Assembly: GCF_009914755.1 (NCBI RefSeq) | Contig: NC_060926.1 | Direction: 5' to 3' (one strand) | DNA from: the human T2T-CHM13v2.0 reference genome, Homo sapiens | DNA: 64,000 nt | Notes under the pieces: model-generated | Seen by the model: the letters and a program-made list of their open reading frames with translations, nothing else | Databases searched by the model: none | Told to the model about the DNA's origin: nothing | Shown here: positions 1 to 16,964 of the stretch, one piece after another | Position numbering within the stretch: the first letter of the stretch is position 1 | Layout: each line of letters opens with the position of its first letter | Made by a program: the position numbers and the translations under genes

Positions 1-203
1 TCCTTCTTCCTCATTTAAGGCCCTTGTGATTGCACTGACCTCACCTGGATGACCCGGGCTATGCTCCCCCTTTTAAGGTGAGCTGTCTAGCAACCTAGTT
101 TCATCCACAGCCTTCATTCCCATTTGTCATATGAGCTAACATAGTCACAGGTTCTTGGGATTAGGACTCAAACATATTTGGGGGACTACCATGCAGCCTA
201 CCA
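1..203 (-). mobile_element. MLT1 (MaLR) LTR fragment
   Basis: Reverse complement matches MLT1 5' end (tggtaggc...gtcctaatccc...aacctgtga). Confidence 0.75.
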
Positions 204-241
204 TAGTCCCCTTTTTATGATAAGCATCTTAAAGTGTATTA

Positions 242-410
<169 letters not shown>

Positions 411-999
411 AAGGAAAATACAGTGAAGCAAAGTGGAAGGGAACAGTAATTCAACCTGCGTTAGAGCCTAGCTGCACTCATTCTTTTAGGGGTCTGTGAA
501 ATCGTTTTGATTTCCATGAGGTGTATTTGCTGGCCATCTTTCAGAATGAACTTTAAAACAATGAGATACCCGTAAACCATTATACAGTAATTTGCTACTT
601 TTATCGGAATGGTGCAAGTTAGGAAACCAGATCATTTATTTTGGACTTGTATCAAAACTTCGCATAACAAATATTTACACGATGCTCATCAAGTGTCAGG
701 AACTGTCCTAAGAGCTTTTGTGTATCATTCCAATCCTCTCAGAACCTTCAGAGTATAGGTTTGCTAAGCTCCTTTTATATATAAGGAAACCGAGGCTTGG
801 ACAGCTGCTGCTGCTAATTAGCATGGATTTCCTTTAAAGAATCAACAGTCAAGGCAAAAAAAAAACCAAAAAACCCTCCTAGTTATCCCATTTAAATGAA
901 GACCATAAGCCATAATATAACTGAAACACGACTTGAGAGAGTTTGCAATTATATAACCCAGTAAAGTTTGGGGAGCGGTCCCATTGGCAAAAACTACTG

Positions 1000-1551
1000 G
1001 TTGCTTATCCAACAGCCCCAACCTCACTCTCACCTGGCACTTCCCTCCCAGCCACTTGGTTTTGTTCCCCTCCTCCCAGGCGCCATGTTCTGATGTTCCT
1101 TAAGTGAGGCAGAGGGTGGTTCTTGATTGGCTTGAGCCTATCACAGCTGTCTCATTCCTGGATTTCTGAGTGATGGTTTGGACAAACACTTGGATGTGAG
1201 TGGAGCAAATGAGATATGAGGGAAGTCTGCAAGAGGATTTGGGGGGAGAGTTTCCTCACTTTCAAAAGGGAACAGATGATAGGCACAGTTCCTTTTTCTA
1301 TGTAGGGATGCCATTCTATGAGTATGTGATGCTGCAGCCGTGTTATAACCAAGAGCCAATCACTGAACATGGCAGAGCGGAAAGATCGGGAGAACCAAGG
1401 TCCCTGATAGTATCACTGAACTTCTGAGCTAAGCCCGGGACTACCTTTACCCCCAGACTTCTTGTAATGAGAGGCAGTAAAAATTCTTATCTTAAGCCAA
1501 CCTGCAATGGGTTTTCTATTTCTTATGGTAAAAATGATCCTAACTGATACA
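1000..1551 (+). mobile_element. Old MaLR LTR (MLT1J/K-like)
   Basis: 3' end cttaagcca...cctaactgataca. Confidence 0.6.
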
Positions 1552-2125
1552 TTATTCAACTTGCCAAAACAAAGTTTTCTCTCAAGGGTAATTCTGAAAA
1601 TTTTCTGACACAGAACAAAATGTTCTAAAACCAATCATTACCCAGAAAATTGGTGTGTTCTGATACCTGATGCTTCAAAATTAGGGAAGACCTAGATCCC
1701 AGCAAATTTATTTCAGGTTTAAAAGACTGAAAACATTTGTTTGGAGTGAGATGCAGGATTGGATACCCTGTATCCGGTGTGGCATCCGCAAATTCTTCCT
1801 TCAAACCCAAAGTCCCTGAGGATAGGACAAATGAAAGAGAAAGTGATGGCTGGAACTAAGGTGGAGGGAAGGCACAGAACAGCTCTGCCAAGGGAGGCTG
1901 AGGAGGACACTGCATGTTAAAACACGAGACAGAGCCTCTGAGGGCTTTGTTTATTTTATGTATTCTTCTGCCTACTCAGAGATCACTTTATTATAAAATA
2001 TTGACTACAAAGAGAAAAAAGAGTTGAGATCTGAGTGCTTATAGTAACTCTTCTTTTAAAACCAACAGGGAACAATATTGCTAACAAAACGAATAGGTCA
2101 GTTTAATTTAAAAGTGTATCAATGA

Positions 2126-3850
<1,725 letters not shown>

Positions 3851-3969
3851 AAATGATCCATCCAAAGGAATTCTAGAAAGCCCCAAAGTAACAATATGGG
3901 TCTTTATATATTAATATGGAAAGACATGCAAGATACATGTGAAATAAAAGTTGCAGAAGTATCTATAAT

Positions 3970-4084
3970 GTAGGGGCAACAGGTAGTCCAGGTTTTCTAG
4001 GGACTAACGGGGTTCCTGGGATATGGGACTCTAGTTTTGAGACTTGAAAAGCCCCATGCAAACAGGGACAAACTGATCAACCTA
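3970..4084 (+). mobile_element. MER81-like hAT MITE
   Basis: tagg...gggact...aaacagggacaaactgatcaaccta terminal inverted structure. Confidence 0.6.
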
Positions 4085-4617
4085 GACAATGACATTTCAC
4101 TTCTATAATGGTGACAAATATAGTCTATCAATTAAGGTTTTTTCAGGTGCAAAACACAGAAAACCCTGGCTTATTCGACTTACACAATGAGGATGTTTGC
4201 CATCATGCCCTTAAAGAAGTCCATATTCAACATGTCAGCTTGGTTCTCTGGCTCACTCCCTCATAGACACAGATGGCTGTCATGGTTCTAAGTGTCCAGT
4301 TCAAATAAGGTGACATCCAGCAGAGGAAGACAGGCCAGAATTGCATTGTGGGCCCTCTCTTAAGCCAGCCTTTGGCACAGGAATTAGCTTGGATTTCCTG
4401 AACAAGATGGGGTTGTTTAGAAAAGAACAAAGGTAGATGTTATACAGACAGCCAACGATGTCTTTTATGTATACATTTTTATATATCACATATATATATG
4501 CATTGAAAATTCTGCAAGAATATAAATAATGTTAATAATTATTATGAGAAGGAACTTGTGCTAGTTGAGACATAAATGTTTGTGATGTTTTTATTTTTTT
4601 ATAATAAGCTTGTATTA

Positions 4618-4960
<343 letters not shown>

Positions 4961-5340
4961 TATCATTTAGGATTGAGTGCAGGAAAGAGGATTAATTTCA
5001 CTCCAGATGTAGATGAGTATAGACAGATAGACTAAAAACTGATGGTGGCAGGAAGAGGCCTTCATCTGTAAACCTAAGTCAGTACTGAGGTAAAGAAATA
5101 CATTCCAACATGCCATTTTTGTTCTCAGGTCAAATCACACACTGTTGAAACCATATGAGAATGCCAAAACAGTGAGGCAGATACTAAAAAGATTCAGGTG
5201 AATAAATTATCATTTTTGTTTTCAGAAGAGTTATCCAGAAAATGTACAATTTGTTACTACTTATCCATTTGGAATTTGGAAATGAAAATTAGTGGCCCTA
5301 AGTAGGATACAACAGGTTTGGTACTGAGATATATAAATAG

Positions 5341-5652
<312 letters not shown>

Positions 5653-5681
5653 TATAAATAGATTTTAAAATTTAAAGTTAA

Positions 5682-6001
<320 letters not shown>

Positions 6002-6294
6002 AGTTTTGGGTTTTCTTAATATAAAATACAGCTGTCATTTGGAATAGGTTATTTCTATGACTTAGGTTGGAGTTTCCTAATCTGTACTCTGAAGAAATTT
6101 AATACATGTTCCATGAAAATAACAGATGCCAATGCTATTTTTTCCTACCAAAATTTATTCTAGAATAGCACATATGTGAAAAATATTATTTTAATTACGT
6201 AGTAGTCTGCCTATACCAGAAAGAGCTGGAACAATCCCCGCAGGACGTTTGCTCTGTACGCCAAGGACGGAGCAGTGTTTACCAAATGCCTTGT

Positions 6295-6820
6295 AAGCTG
6301 ATGGCAGCAGGCCCTGAGAGGCACCTACACAGCATTCACTCTCTCTGCCTTCCTTTACAATAGAACCATGATTTTGTTCAAGGTACCCATGGGACCAGCT
6401 ACAGGACTTGCTTTTTCTCAGCTCCTTTGCAGCTAGTAGTGGTCACGTAACAGCATTTAGGTCAGTGAGATGTAAGGGGATGTCTACTAAGTTGGCTTTC
6501 AGAGAAATGTTGTTTTTCTGGTGGATGAGAAAGGCACATTTTGCCTCTTATCCTTGTCCTCCTTCCTCCTGCTTGAGATGCAGACTTGACACCTGGATGT
6601 GCAGTAGACAGCTGGTGACCATGAGGACAAAAGCCACATGCTAAGAATAGTCACCCAGGGATCCAGATGAAGCTGGGGTCATTGATGACATCATAGAGTT
6701 ACTGCATCCGCCCTGGATTGCTCATCTCCAAATTGTTTATCATAGGAAAACAAACACCCCTATTTAGTTAAGCCATTGGTGTCAGATCCCTGTTACATGC
6801 AGCCAAATGCAATTCTAATG
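6295..6820 (+). mobile_element. MLT1J-like LTR
   Basis: gctagtagtggtcacgt...gtttaagcca-like...tgcagccaaatgcaattctaa. Confidence 0.65.
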
Positions 6821-7636
6821 TATATGTACCTTGTCACATAATTTTAGCATGTGTTTTAGTATCTGTGATACTGCAAAATGCATACTGAGCACTAAACAAA
6901 TATATGGCACTAACTTGTTCTCCTTAGATCTACGGCTAAAATAAGAAAGCTTTAGATGAAAAGAAGTGTCTTCACTTGCTAGATGATATCTGAATCAAAT
7001 GCAAATATAGAATACTTTAAAGTAGAGATGAGCAATTGAGCTTGAACTTTCTAAAAGGAAAAAAAAATCTAGTTGTAAATTGCCCAAAATGAAACCATGA
7101 ACAGCATTTGAAGTAGCCTAATTTAAGAGGGCACAAATATCACACAGCATGCAGCTCTCATCCTCCGTCCCTTGGCTGCAGTGTATCTGGGCAAAGTGGA
7201 CTTTTCCCAACACACTGCACTGAAAGCGTAGATCCAAAGCTGTGCTTCATACACCTCTTAGCCACAATGATGCTGTTTCCAACATGGAGATAAGTGATTT
7301 CTAAAAGATAGAAAATATTTAAGAAATATATAAAAGACACAAAATAGATTTAAAAACTCATTTTAAAAGTTTTATAAGAACGTGTGAGATAAAAGATGTT
7401 TTGACTGAACTTTTTTCCTTAAGGAAATTCATCTAGGTGGCCCTTTTCCTGGCCTTCTTTAATACAAGTTTGCATTAGAGCATATGCATATCTGCTGTTG
7501 TTCTGTCAAGATTGTATTATTTTTAATGTATTCTGTGGTCAAGTTTAAGTAAGTTTGGGAAACATCATTCTCAACTGACAGAACTCTAGTCTAGACCTAA
7601 AAAGAAATTTAAAAACCATAGTCCAAGAATAGGTAG

Positions 7637-8040
<404 letters not shown>

Positions 8041-8389
8041 TCCACGTTAACATTTATAAGGAGAATCTGCTCTTTCTCACTTGTATTTAGCTTTATGTTG
8101 TACCTTTTTTTTTTTCATAAAAAATCAGATTTTGAAAGTAGGTCATGTCCGTGGGAGAAAAATTCAAATATTATAGAAGTATCAAAAGCCCTTCCCTGCT
8201 GGACTCTAAACGCTGTGAGGGCAAGCGTGTGCCTTTCATTCTCCTCAATCTCTCCAGCCCCTAACCCTGCACACAGTAGGGGCTCGAAGTGGCAGCTCCC
8301 CACCCCCACCCCCTGTCTACTTCCTGGAGACACCCTGGGTTAACAGGCTAAGGTGTAATGCAGACCTGTCTTATGCAAAGTTTTAAAAA

Positions 8390-8900
8390 TAAACATTTTA
8401 ATTTTAGAATCGTCTTAGACCTACATAAAAATTATGGCAATAATACAAAGAGCTTTCATATTCCCACACCCACTTTTCCCTATTATTAACATCTTATGTT
8501 AGCATGGTACATTTGTCACAATTAATGAACCAATACATTATTATTATTAACTAAAGTTCACACTTTATTCAGACTCCCTTAGTTTTTGCCTAATGTCCTT
8601 TTCTGTTCTAGGATCCCCTCCAGGAAGCCGTGCTACATCCGTCATCATGTCTCCTTAGGCTCCTCTTGGCTGTGACAGTTTCTCAGACATCCCTTGCTTT
8701 TGATGGCCCTGAGAGTTTTAAGGAGTGCCAGTCGTGTATTTTGTAGGGTGTCCCTCTATTGGGATTTGTCTGCTGTTTTTCTCATGAATAACAGGGTGAT
8801 GGCTTTTGAGGAGAAAAACCGCAGAAGTAAAGTGCCATTCTCATCACATCATTATCATGGTACATATTATCAACATGGCATCACTGTTGATGCTGATCTT
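8390..8900 (-). mobile_element. Old L1 (L1MC/MD-type) 3' end
   Basis: tattaacatctta...atggtacatttgtcacaattaatgaaccaat. Confidence 0.75.
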
Positions 8901-9849
8901 GCCTCCTATGCAGATTTAACCATTCCTCATTCCTGCTAAAATGAAGTCCTTTGCCTTTCATGTCAAGGTGGGGATCTTGTTACAGTTCCGATAGTCAGTC
9001 TCCCTAGTTAGCTTGGACACAGGCAGCCTAAACACGGGGATGACTCAAAAGAAAGACATGTGACCTTCACACTGGCCCTGGGCATGGGAGGAGGGTGTGG
9101 GGTGAAGAAGAGTCAGGATGACATGCCCACTTCTGCCACTTGCCAAACTCACAATGGATGCTTGCCAAGGGCCAAGATTGGCTGCCAAGCAGGGACGAAT
9201 GCCCATTCCTTTTCCTGTTAACTAGTGATGACCTTTCATAGTGCCACTTAGATTTTTTAACTCCATCTCATCTACACGTGCCTTCTTGCAGATGGTGACT
9301 TACTCCCCAGCACTCAGCAACAGCAGCAAGAATCCAGGAAAGCTGTGCCAGAGTACAAGAGAAAGAAAAAAGAAAACAAGAATTTGATCTGAAAAATTCA
9401 CCAGAAAATGCCTAACCTTCTCCCATGACACAGCAAGGTTTTGCTTGGATTCTTCCTTGCATTATTCAAACATATAGTGAACAAGAATTCAAATTCTTTT
9501 TCCTTAGATGGAAGTAGAACTTGGAGTGTGTTTTTTCTTTATTCTGACACATTAACTAGTCAAAGTAACTGAACTAAACCACACACAACAATAACAAATT
9601 TTGTTACATAATTATTGTTTCAGTTAACGTTCATGAAGCATTTTATAATGTATCGGGAACCGTGCTAATTATTTTGTGCACATCATTCATTTGATGCTCA
9701 GCAACACTATGATGTTGTTACCCCCATTTTATAGAGTATAAAGTGAGGCACAGAAAGATTAAGTAACTTTCCCAAGATCACAAGGCTCCTAAGTGACAAA
9801 AAAGAAATATACACACGTCAGACTTCCCACTTCATACTGCAGAGCCGTT

Positions 9850-10200
9850 CGAAAAACTGCCATGCCATACTGCTATACCATTCAAATAAACCTGTACATC
9901 AGACTGATGCACCATTCAACAAACCACTACTCCATTCTGCTGCACCATTCAACAAACTATGCCATACCACTAAGCCACTCAGAAAACCCCTATATCATAC
10001 TGCTGTACCATTCATTCAGCAAACCTCTACACCATACTGCTACATCATTCAAGAAAACACTAAACCATACTGCTATGCCAGTCACACTACTCCATACTGC
10101 TGTCTCATTCAGCAAACCACTACTCTATACTGCTACACCATTCAAAAAACAACTGCACCACTGCTACACTGTTCAACAAACTTCTGTATCATACAGCAGT
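9850..10200. repeat. Degenerate ~33-bp minisatellite (~10-11 units)
   Basis: Unit ~CCATACTGCTACACCATTCAGCAAACCACTACA; period 33 (e.g. 10092 to 10125). Confidence 0.85.
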
Positions 10201-10799
10201 ATCTACAATGCTCCCAGCAACTTGCAAGGTGCTGAGGATAGCAGGGTAAATGAAACAGGATCCGGGCAAAAAGGATCTCACTGTTGGTTCAGTTATCCCC
10301 AGAAGGGCCAGGGATCCGGAAGTTCCCACACAACCATGAGCACACTCAGGGGTGTGGGAGAGTTGGCTGTCTAGAGGAGTCCTCAAGTCAGGATAAAGAA
10401 CTTCAGCATGTGCTAACTTTGAGACCAAAGGAAATGGCACAGAACACGATGACAATCCAAAATAACCAGTGATATTTAAAGTGTCTAGTAATTAGTTTGG
10501 TTCCAGCCAATCAGAAAAGACATCCATCCACCAGGATGAAGAACCAGACAATCTTTCAGTGACAGCTGTGGACAACTGGGAGGGGCTGAACATTAGTCCT
10601 GAGGCAGCCCCCAGAGATGGAGCAGTAAGTGCCCGAGGGGCCTGTATCACCACAGGGTTACCTAGGTGCCTTCCCCATCCCATCATAAGGAGGATGGTTG
10701 GGTGGGTTTTCAGCATCCATGGAGTGCTATTGTGTATGGAGAATGCTAGATGTTACTGTTTTCATTAATATCAAATTAGCTTATAAACTTATAAACCTC

Positions 10800-11100
10800 A
10801 TCCCTCCCTCCCTCCCTCCCTTCCTTCCTTTCTTTTTACCCCTCCCTTCCCCTCCTCTCCTCACCTCCCCTCCCCTCTCCTACACCCTCCCCTCCTCTCC
10901 CCTCCCCTTCCCTCTCCTTCTGACATGGTCTCACTCTGCCACCCAGACTGTAGTGCAGTGGCTTGATCGTTGTTCACTGCAGCCTCAAACTCCTGGGCTT
11001 AAGCCATCTTCCCACTGCACTCTAGCCTGGGTGACAGAGCGAAACTCTGTCTCAAAAATAAATCAATAAATATATATAATAAAATAAAATAAACAAAACA
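10800..11100. mobile_element. Chimeric Alu: minus-strand AluJ piece fused to plus-strand Alu 3' end
   Basis: Junction at cccac 11011-11015. Confidence 0.8.
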
Positions 11101-11709
11101 ACCCAAAAACAAAGAGCTCTTGTTCCTTTTAGTAGAAAATAGAGATTGAAATCTAACTGCTATTGAGATCCATATCAGATTCTGCCCTATGAGTACAGGT
11201 AGAGGCAACATCACTACTGCACCACTTTGTTGACAAAGAAATGTGTATTTTTAAGAGGTTTCATTGGTCAGTGTCCAGTCAGGAAAACGGAAACCACACT
11301 AGGAATTTCCAACAGAAGAGATATGATATAGGTAATTGATTACAATGGTGTTAGGTATCTGGGGAAAAAAGCAAAAAGAGAATGCTGAGGCAAACCAGAG
11401 ATTAATAACCGAAGGGAGAAGCTACCACCTCTAGGACTGGGGAGCGAAAGGGAAGAGGTGGTGTTACTAGAAACCAGGACTTCAGAGGGCTGAGGCTCGG
11501 ACACCTCCCCACACATCTGGTGCTCAGTCTTCCAACGAAGGGTGAAGCTCGGTGTGACCTTGGGCTCCTGAGGAAGGAGTGTGTATAGATTGTTTTGTTT
11601 ATCCATTCATCTGTCAGCAGACACCTGGGTTGCCTCTACTTTTTGGCTATTGTGGCTAATGCTGCTACGAACATGTGTGTACATTTCTCTTCTCTTTTAT
11701 AATCTTTAT

Positions 11710-12715
<1,006 letters not shown>

Positions 12716-12769
12716 TTCTACAGTAAGTAGTCTCTGCCTGTATCAGTTGTCTTCCCATAATAATGCAGT

Positions 12770-13364
12770 GCAACTGTGGCAGCCATGAGAAAGACCTTGC
12801 AGACTAATTAGTCTAATTCACCAATTGGTGTGCTCTGAAACCCACTGCCATGTTTGTGTCAAAGCCATGCCTCCCACAGGCTGCTCCCAGCCAATGGCTG
12901 AATGCGGTGGGGATTCTGCTGTTCCTAGGAGGCTCAAGACTCCTCTGACAGCTGGCTTTCACTTGAGGTTCCCCAATAGCTTTGCTACACCTTCCTGAGA
13001 TTGCAGGACAGTCTAGGACATTTCCATTCAACCTTCCTTCCCTCTTTCCTTCACCCGGGATCAGACTTGCATTGCCTTCTGACAGCATTCCTAGCTCACA
13101 GCTCCCTCTCTATTTTCTCTTACATAAGAAAGTCCCTAATAAAATCCCTTGTACATTTTATTCTATCTTCTTTTTTTTTCTTTCTTTCTTTTTTTTTTTT
13201 TTTTTTTGTAGAGATAAGGTCTCCCTGTGTTGTCCAGGCTGATCTCGAACTCCTGAGCTCAAGCGATCCTCCAGCCTCAGCCTATCAAAGTGCTGAAATT
13301 ATAGGCAGGCATGAACCACTGCACCCAGCTGGCATCTGCTTCTTGGAGAACTTGGACCAATACA
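12770..13364 (+). mobile_element. LTR16-type ERVL LTR, interrupted by minus-strand FLAM (13170-13330)
   Basis: ctgctcccagccaatggctga...cctaataaaatc...ggcatctgcttcttggagaac...aataca. Confidence 0.75.
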
Positions 13365-13429
13365 GCTAAAAAAAAAAAAATGAAACCTCTGGGGCATTCA
13401 GCAATAAGTGTTTCTTTCTCATGTTTCAG

Positions 13430-13815
13430 GAGGTGGGGTAAGGGGCAGGAACTAGACAGCTCTCCTGATCTTGGCTGGGTTTGCTGCCATATCTGCAGGC
13501 TGACTGGTTGGTCGTTGGTCTGGAATGACCTCTACTATGATAGCTGGAGGACTCAGTCATGCTCCAGGTGACTCTCATCCTCCATCAGGCTAGTCCAGGC
13601 ATGGTCTTATGGCAATGGCACAGGCACAAGAGAAAAGCTCAACATGTAAGCCCATTTCAAGTCTCTGCTTGTCTCAGGTCAGCCATACCCACTGGCCAAA
13701 GGGAAGCACATGATTGAGCCCAGATTCAGAATTGAAGGGCCCTGAAAAGCAACATGACAAAGGGTCAGGACACAGGGAGAGGTTAAAAATGGGACTATTT
13801 TCATAATCTATCACA
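13430..13815 (-). mobile_element. MLT1 LTR fragment
   Basis: ctggccaaag..aagcacatgattgagcccaga...aatctatcaca. Confidence 0.65.
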
Positions 13816-14570
13816 ATATCCATGCATTTGTCTTACAAGTGAAGCACTCTTCTTTCTCAATTTTTAAAAAATTGTAACTGTCCTTACAACTTTCTATAAT
13901 CACATCATTGTAGAGTCACTTGATAGAGAGGAAGTCTAAAACACTGTGTATTTACCAAACGACTCAGAATTATTCACATGAGGCTCTCTAAGCAGGAAAA
14001 GACTTCCTCTATATTCACTAGAGGGTTAAAGTCATTTTCTCTTCCATGCAATGACCCAGGGCCATGACTGCTCATGACAAAGATTAGATCAGTTACAGGT
14101 AGCAAAGGATCTAAATTTTCTTTGTACATTCAAATGATTTATTGTATTTCCAAACTCCTTCCACACAAATGTACAGAAGTTAAGACATTATTATTTTTTA
14201 AATGAATTTGAGTGAATTCAAAGTTATCCCTGTGATAACATCCTTTACTTGCAGGCCAACATTCTTCCTTAAGTGGAAAGAAAATCTGTTGTGTTACAGG
14301 CCGGTAGCCAGGAATTACCTCTAAACCTAGGTCCACCTATGGCTGTAGGCACTGTGTGTAAACATCATTTGTCATGTGTGCCCTTGGAGAAAACGAATGG
14401 CGAACCACAGTTCTGGGCCCCTGTGACGTCTCACTGCTCCGAGCTTCTGTGATACTTACCTTTCTACTAAAATTGCACAACTCTGCTGTGGAACAAAATC
14501 AAATGTGGAGTCTTTTGCTCTATCATTATTCTTTCCTGTAAAAACAATGTTTTGTAATTTTGAAAATTTT

Positions 14571-14885
14571 GGGCCGGGAGCGGTGGCTCATGCCCGTAAT
14601 CCCAGCAGCACTTTGGGAGGCCGAGACGGGCGGATCACCTGAGTTCAGGAGTTCGAAACCAGCCTGACCAACATGGTAAAATCCTGTCTCTACTAAAAAT
14701 ACAAGAATTAGCCAGGTGTGGTGGTACGTGCCTGTAGTCCCAGCTACTCCGGAGGCTGAGGCAGGAGAATAGCTTGAACCCAGGAAGTGGAGGTTGTGGT
14801 GAGCTGAGATCGCACTACTGCACTCTAGCCTGGGTGACAGAGTGAGACTCCATCTCAAAGAATAATAATAAATAATAATAATAAT
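14571..14885 (+). mobile_element. AluSx-like with (TAA)n tail
   Basis: Full dimer; TSD taattttgaaaa. Confidence 0.93.
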
Positions 14886-16964
14886 AATTTTGAAAACATT
14901 TAAATCTACTTAAAAGTTTCAAGAACAGAACAACACCCATATATCCTCATCCAGTTTTACCAGGTATTAACATCTTACCTCCCCCACTGCATCATTCTCT
15001 TTATATTTGTATACAATTCCTGTTTGCCAAGCCACCCAAAAATTGTGTGCAGACGCCATGACACTTCATCCCTAAATATTCCTTCATGGTCTGTCAAGAA
15101 CGAGGCTATTGTCTTAATATCCAGAACACCATTGTCACCCCTTAAAAGAACTCAACATGAAGTTCAACATATAGTCCACACAAGATTTTCCTTAATTCCC
15201 TCAATATTGTACTTTTCTTTTCATCTAGATTCCATTGCATTTTGTTGTTATATCTCATTAATTTATTAACTGGAAGAATAAAATATATGTAGATGTTTGG
15301 GTCCTATCCCAGAGCTACAGAAACAAAATTTCCAGGGTAGAGCCCTGGAATCTGGCCTTTTCAAATTCTTTCTAGGTGACTCTGATGAAAGTTAACCCTG
15401 AGCTCTGAGCTCTACTTGTAAGACGAGTTACCTTTTTCAGGAGTCCATATCTTTTTTCCCAAATAGACTTTAGTCCACTCCAGTGAATTCTTACACCAAG
15501 CACAATAAATTCTTGTGAGAACTATAACTCATACTAACTGATACCCATTTCTTCTCCACCCTATCCAATCCCCCTCTCCTCTAATTCCACCAGCTTCTCA
15601 CCTTATAGCATTGCACTTAGTTGGAAGGACTTGATTGGCAGGCTTTAAAGGCCTAACTCTAGATCTTATTTTGTTCTTTAATGCCGAACTCTGTTAATTC
15701 AATGCCCTTATAAATTATTCTTAATTGAATAATATGGTGGGGGAGGGATTGGCTTGTTGAAATGCAGGTTCCAAGGCCCTGCTCCAGGCTCAGGAATATG
15801 CATTTTATCAGCTGCTCTAGTAATTCTTACTCCCCAGTTTTGTATTCATTCTATGAGCCGTGCAGAGTGATTTATTCTTAGTGGGAAACTACATAAACAT
15901 CTCATTGTGTTGTTGAATTAAATCCCTAGCCTTAGAACTGCCACCCACAAAACCCAGACACCAACCTAACTGGTGTTCCCATCTTCTAACTTGTCTTCTT
16001 CGGTGCTCTTATTTCACCAGACCCTTCTACAAAGAAAATGTCAGTTATTATGTCTTTAGCTAGTCTCTAAAACCATGGAGACAGACACTTTACTTCAGTT
16101 TCATTCTGACTTTTACTCCCATTCTGACCAAATTCCTTTTTTACTATTGACTCAAATTGTTTATCTGAGTCTGCACCTGACCTTTTGGTTCTAGGGGCAT
16201 TTCTATGGCCCCTTTTTTCTCTTTTTTTCTTTTTGGTTTGTAGGGATGATACTGAGGGGAGCCTAGAAAAAGGATTACTGATTACAAAGTCATCAGTACT
16301 TTGATGCCAGTATGCCACTGTACACTAAGTTATTCACCACAGGAGAAAAAGAATTCATTTATTACTTTAGATTTTGTCTTTGCTTGCTCTGTTTGCTAAG
16401 TAGTCAGATCTATTTGGAGAGCAAATAATCTTTTTTTAAAAAAAAAATCACATCGTACTTCCTACAAAGTTGTGTTTTGCTGATATGGAAAGAACTAAAC
16501 TGGCATTTAACCTTTTTAATATAATTGTTACTTCAACTATCTGGTATCTCTTAGGAAAAGTAAAAAGTACTCCAAAATCCAAATTTGCCTGTGATGAAGG
16601 ACAAAATTTTCTTTTTTCAGTCCATTCATGGCAGAAAAATAACTCCTGCTCCATGATTTTGGTGATGTTCCTGGTGAATCTAGTGAAATAATGTGAAAAA
16701 TATGTAAAGGTCATCAGATGTGAAGATAGAGCTGAGACAACCTCTTTGCTAGCAGAAGCCGGCGTGTGAGTACAATACACTATTCATGGATACATAAGTA
16801 TATTGGGAGTGGCAGTCACTTTGACAAGAAAGGAATAAAACTATTGTTATCACTCTGTAAGTAAAAAATCTATAGCCATTCTTTAATGAGGGAAACTGAG
16901 TCTCCTTCATGATGGATGATGCAGTCCTGGTTTTAAGAACATGACTAAATCATGACAAAATAAC

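Noticed and set aside
1614-1860. Protein-looking unique stretch with retained CpGs and possible splice sites
   Set aside because: All three frames partly open with stops, weak donor, nothing recognisable
9850-10200. Regular ~33-bp periodicity resembling a CRISPR array
   Set aside because: Degenerate head-to-tail units without unique spacers, no cas genes, human intergenic context
15431-16320. Purine-rich minus-strand stretch with an 83-aa ORF
   Set aside because: No recognisable homology; multiple stops; may be old unrecognised repeat
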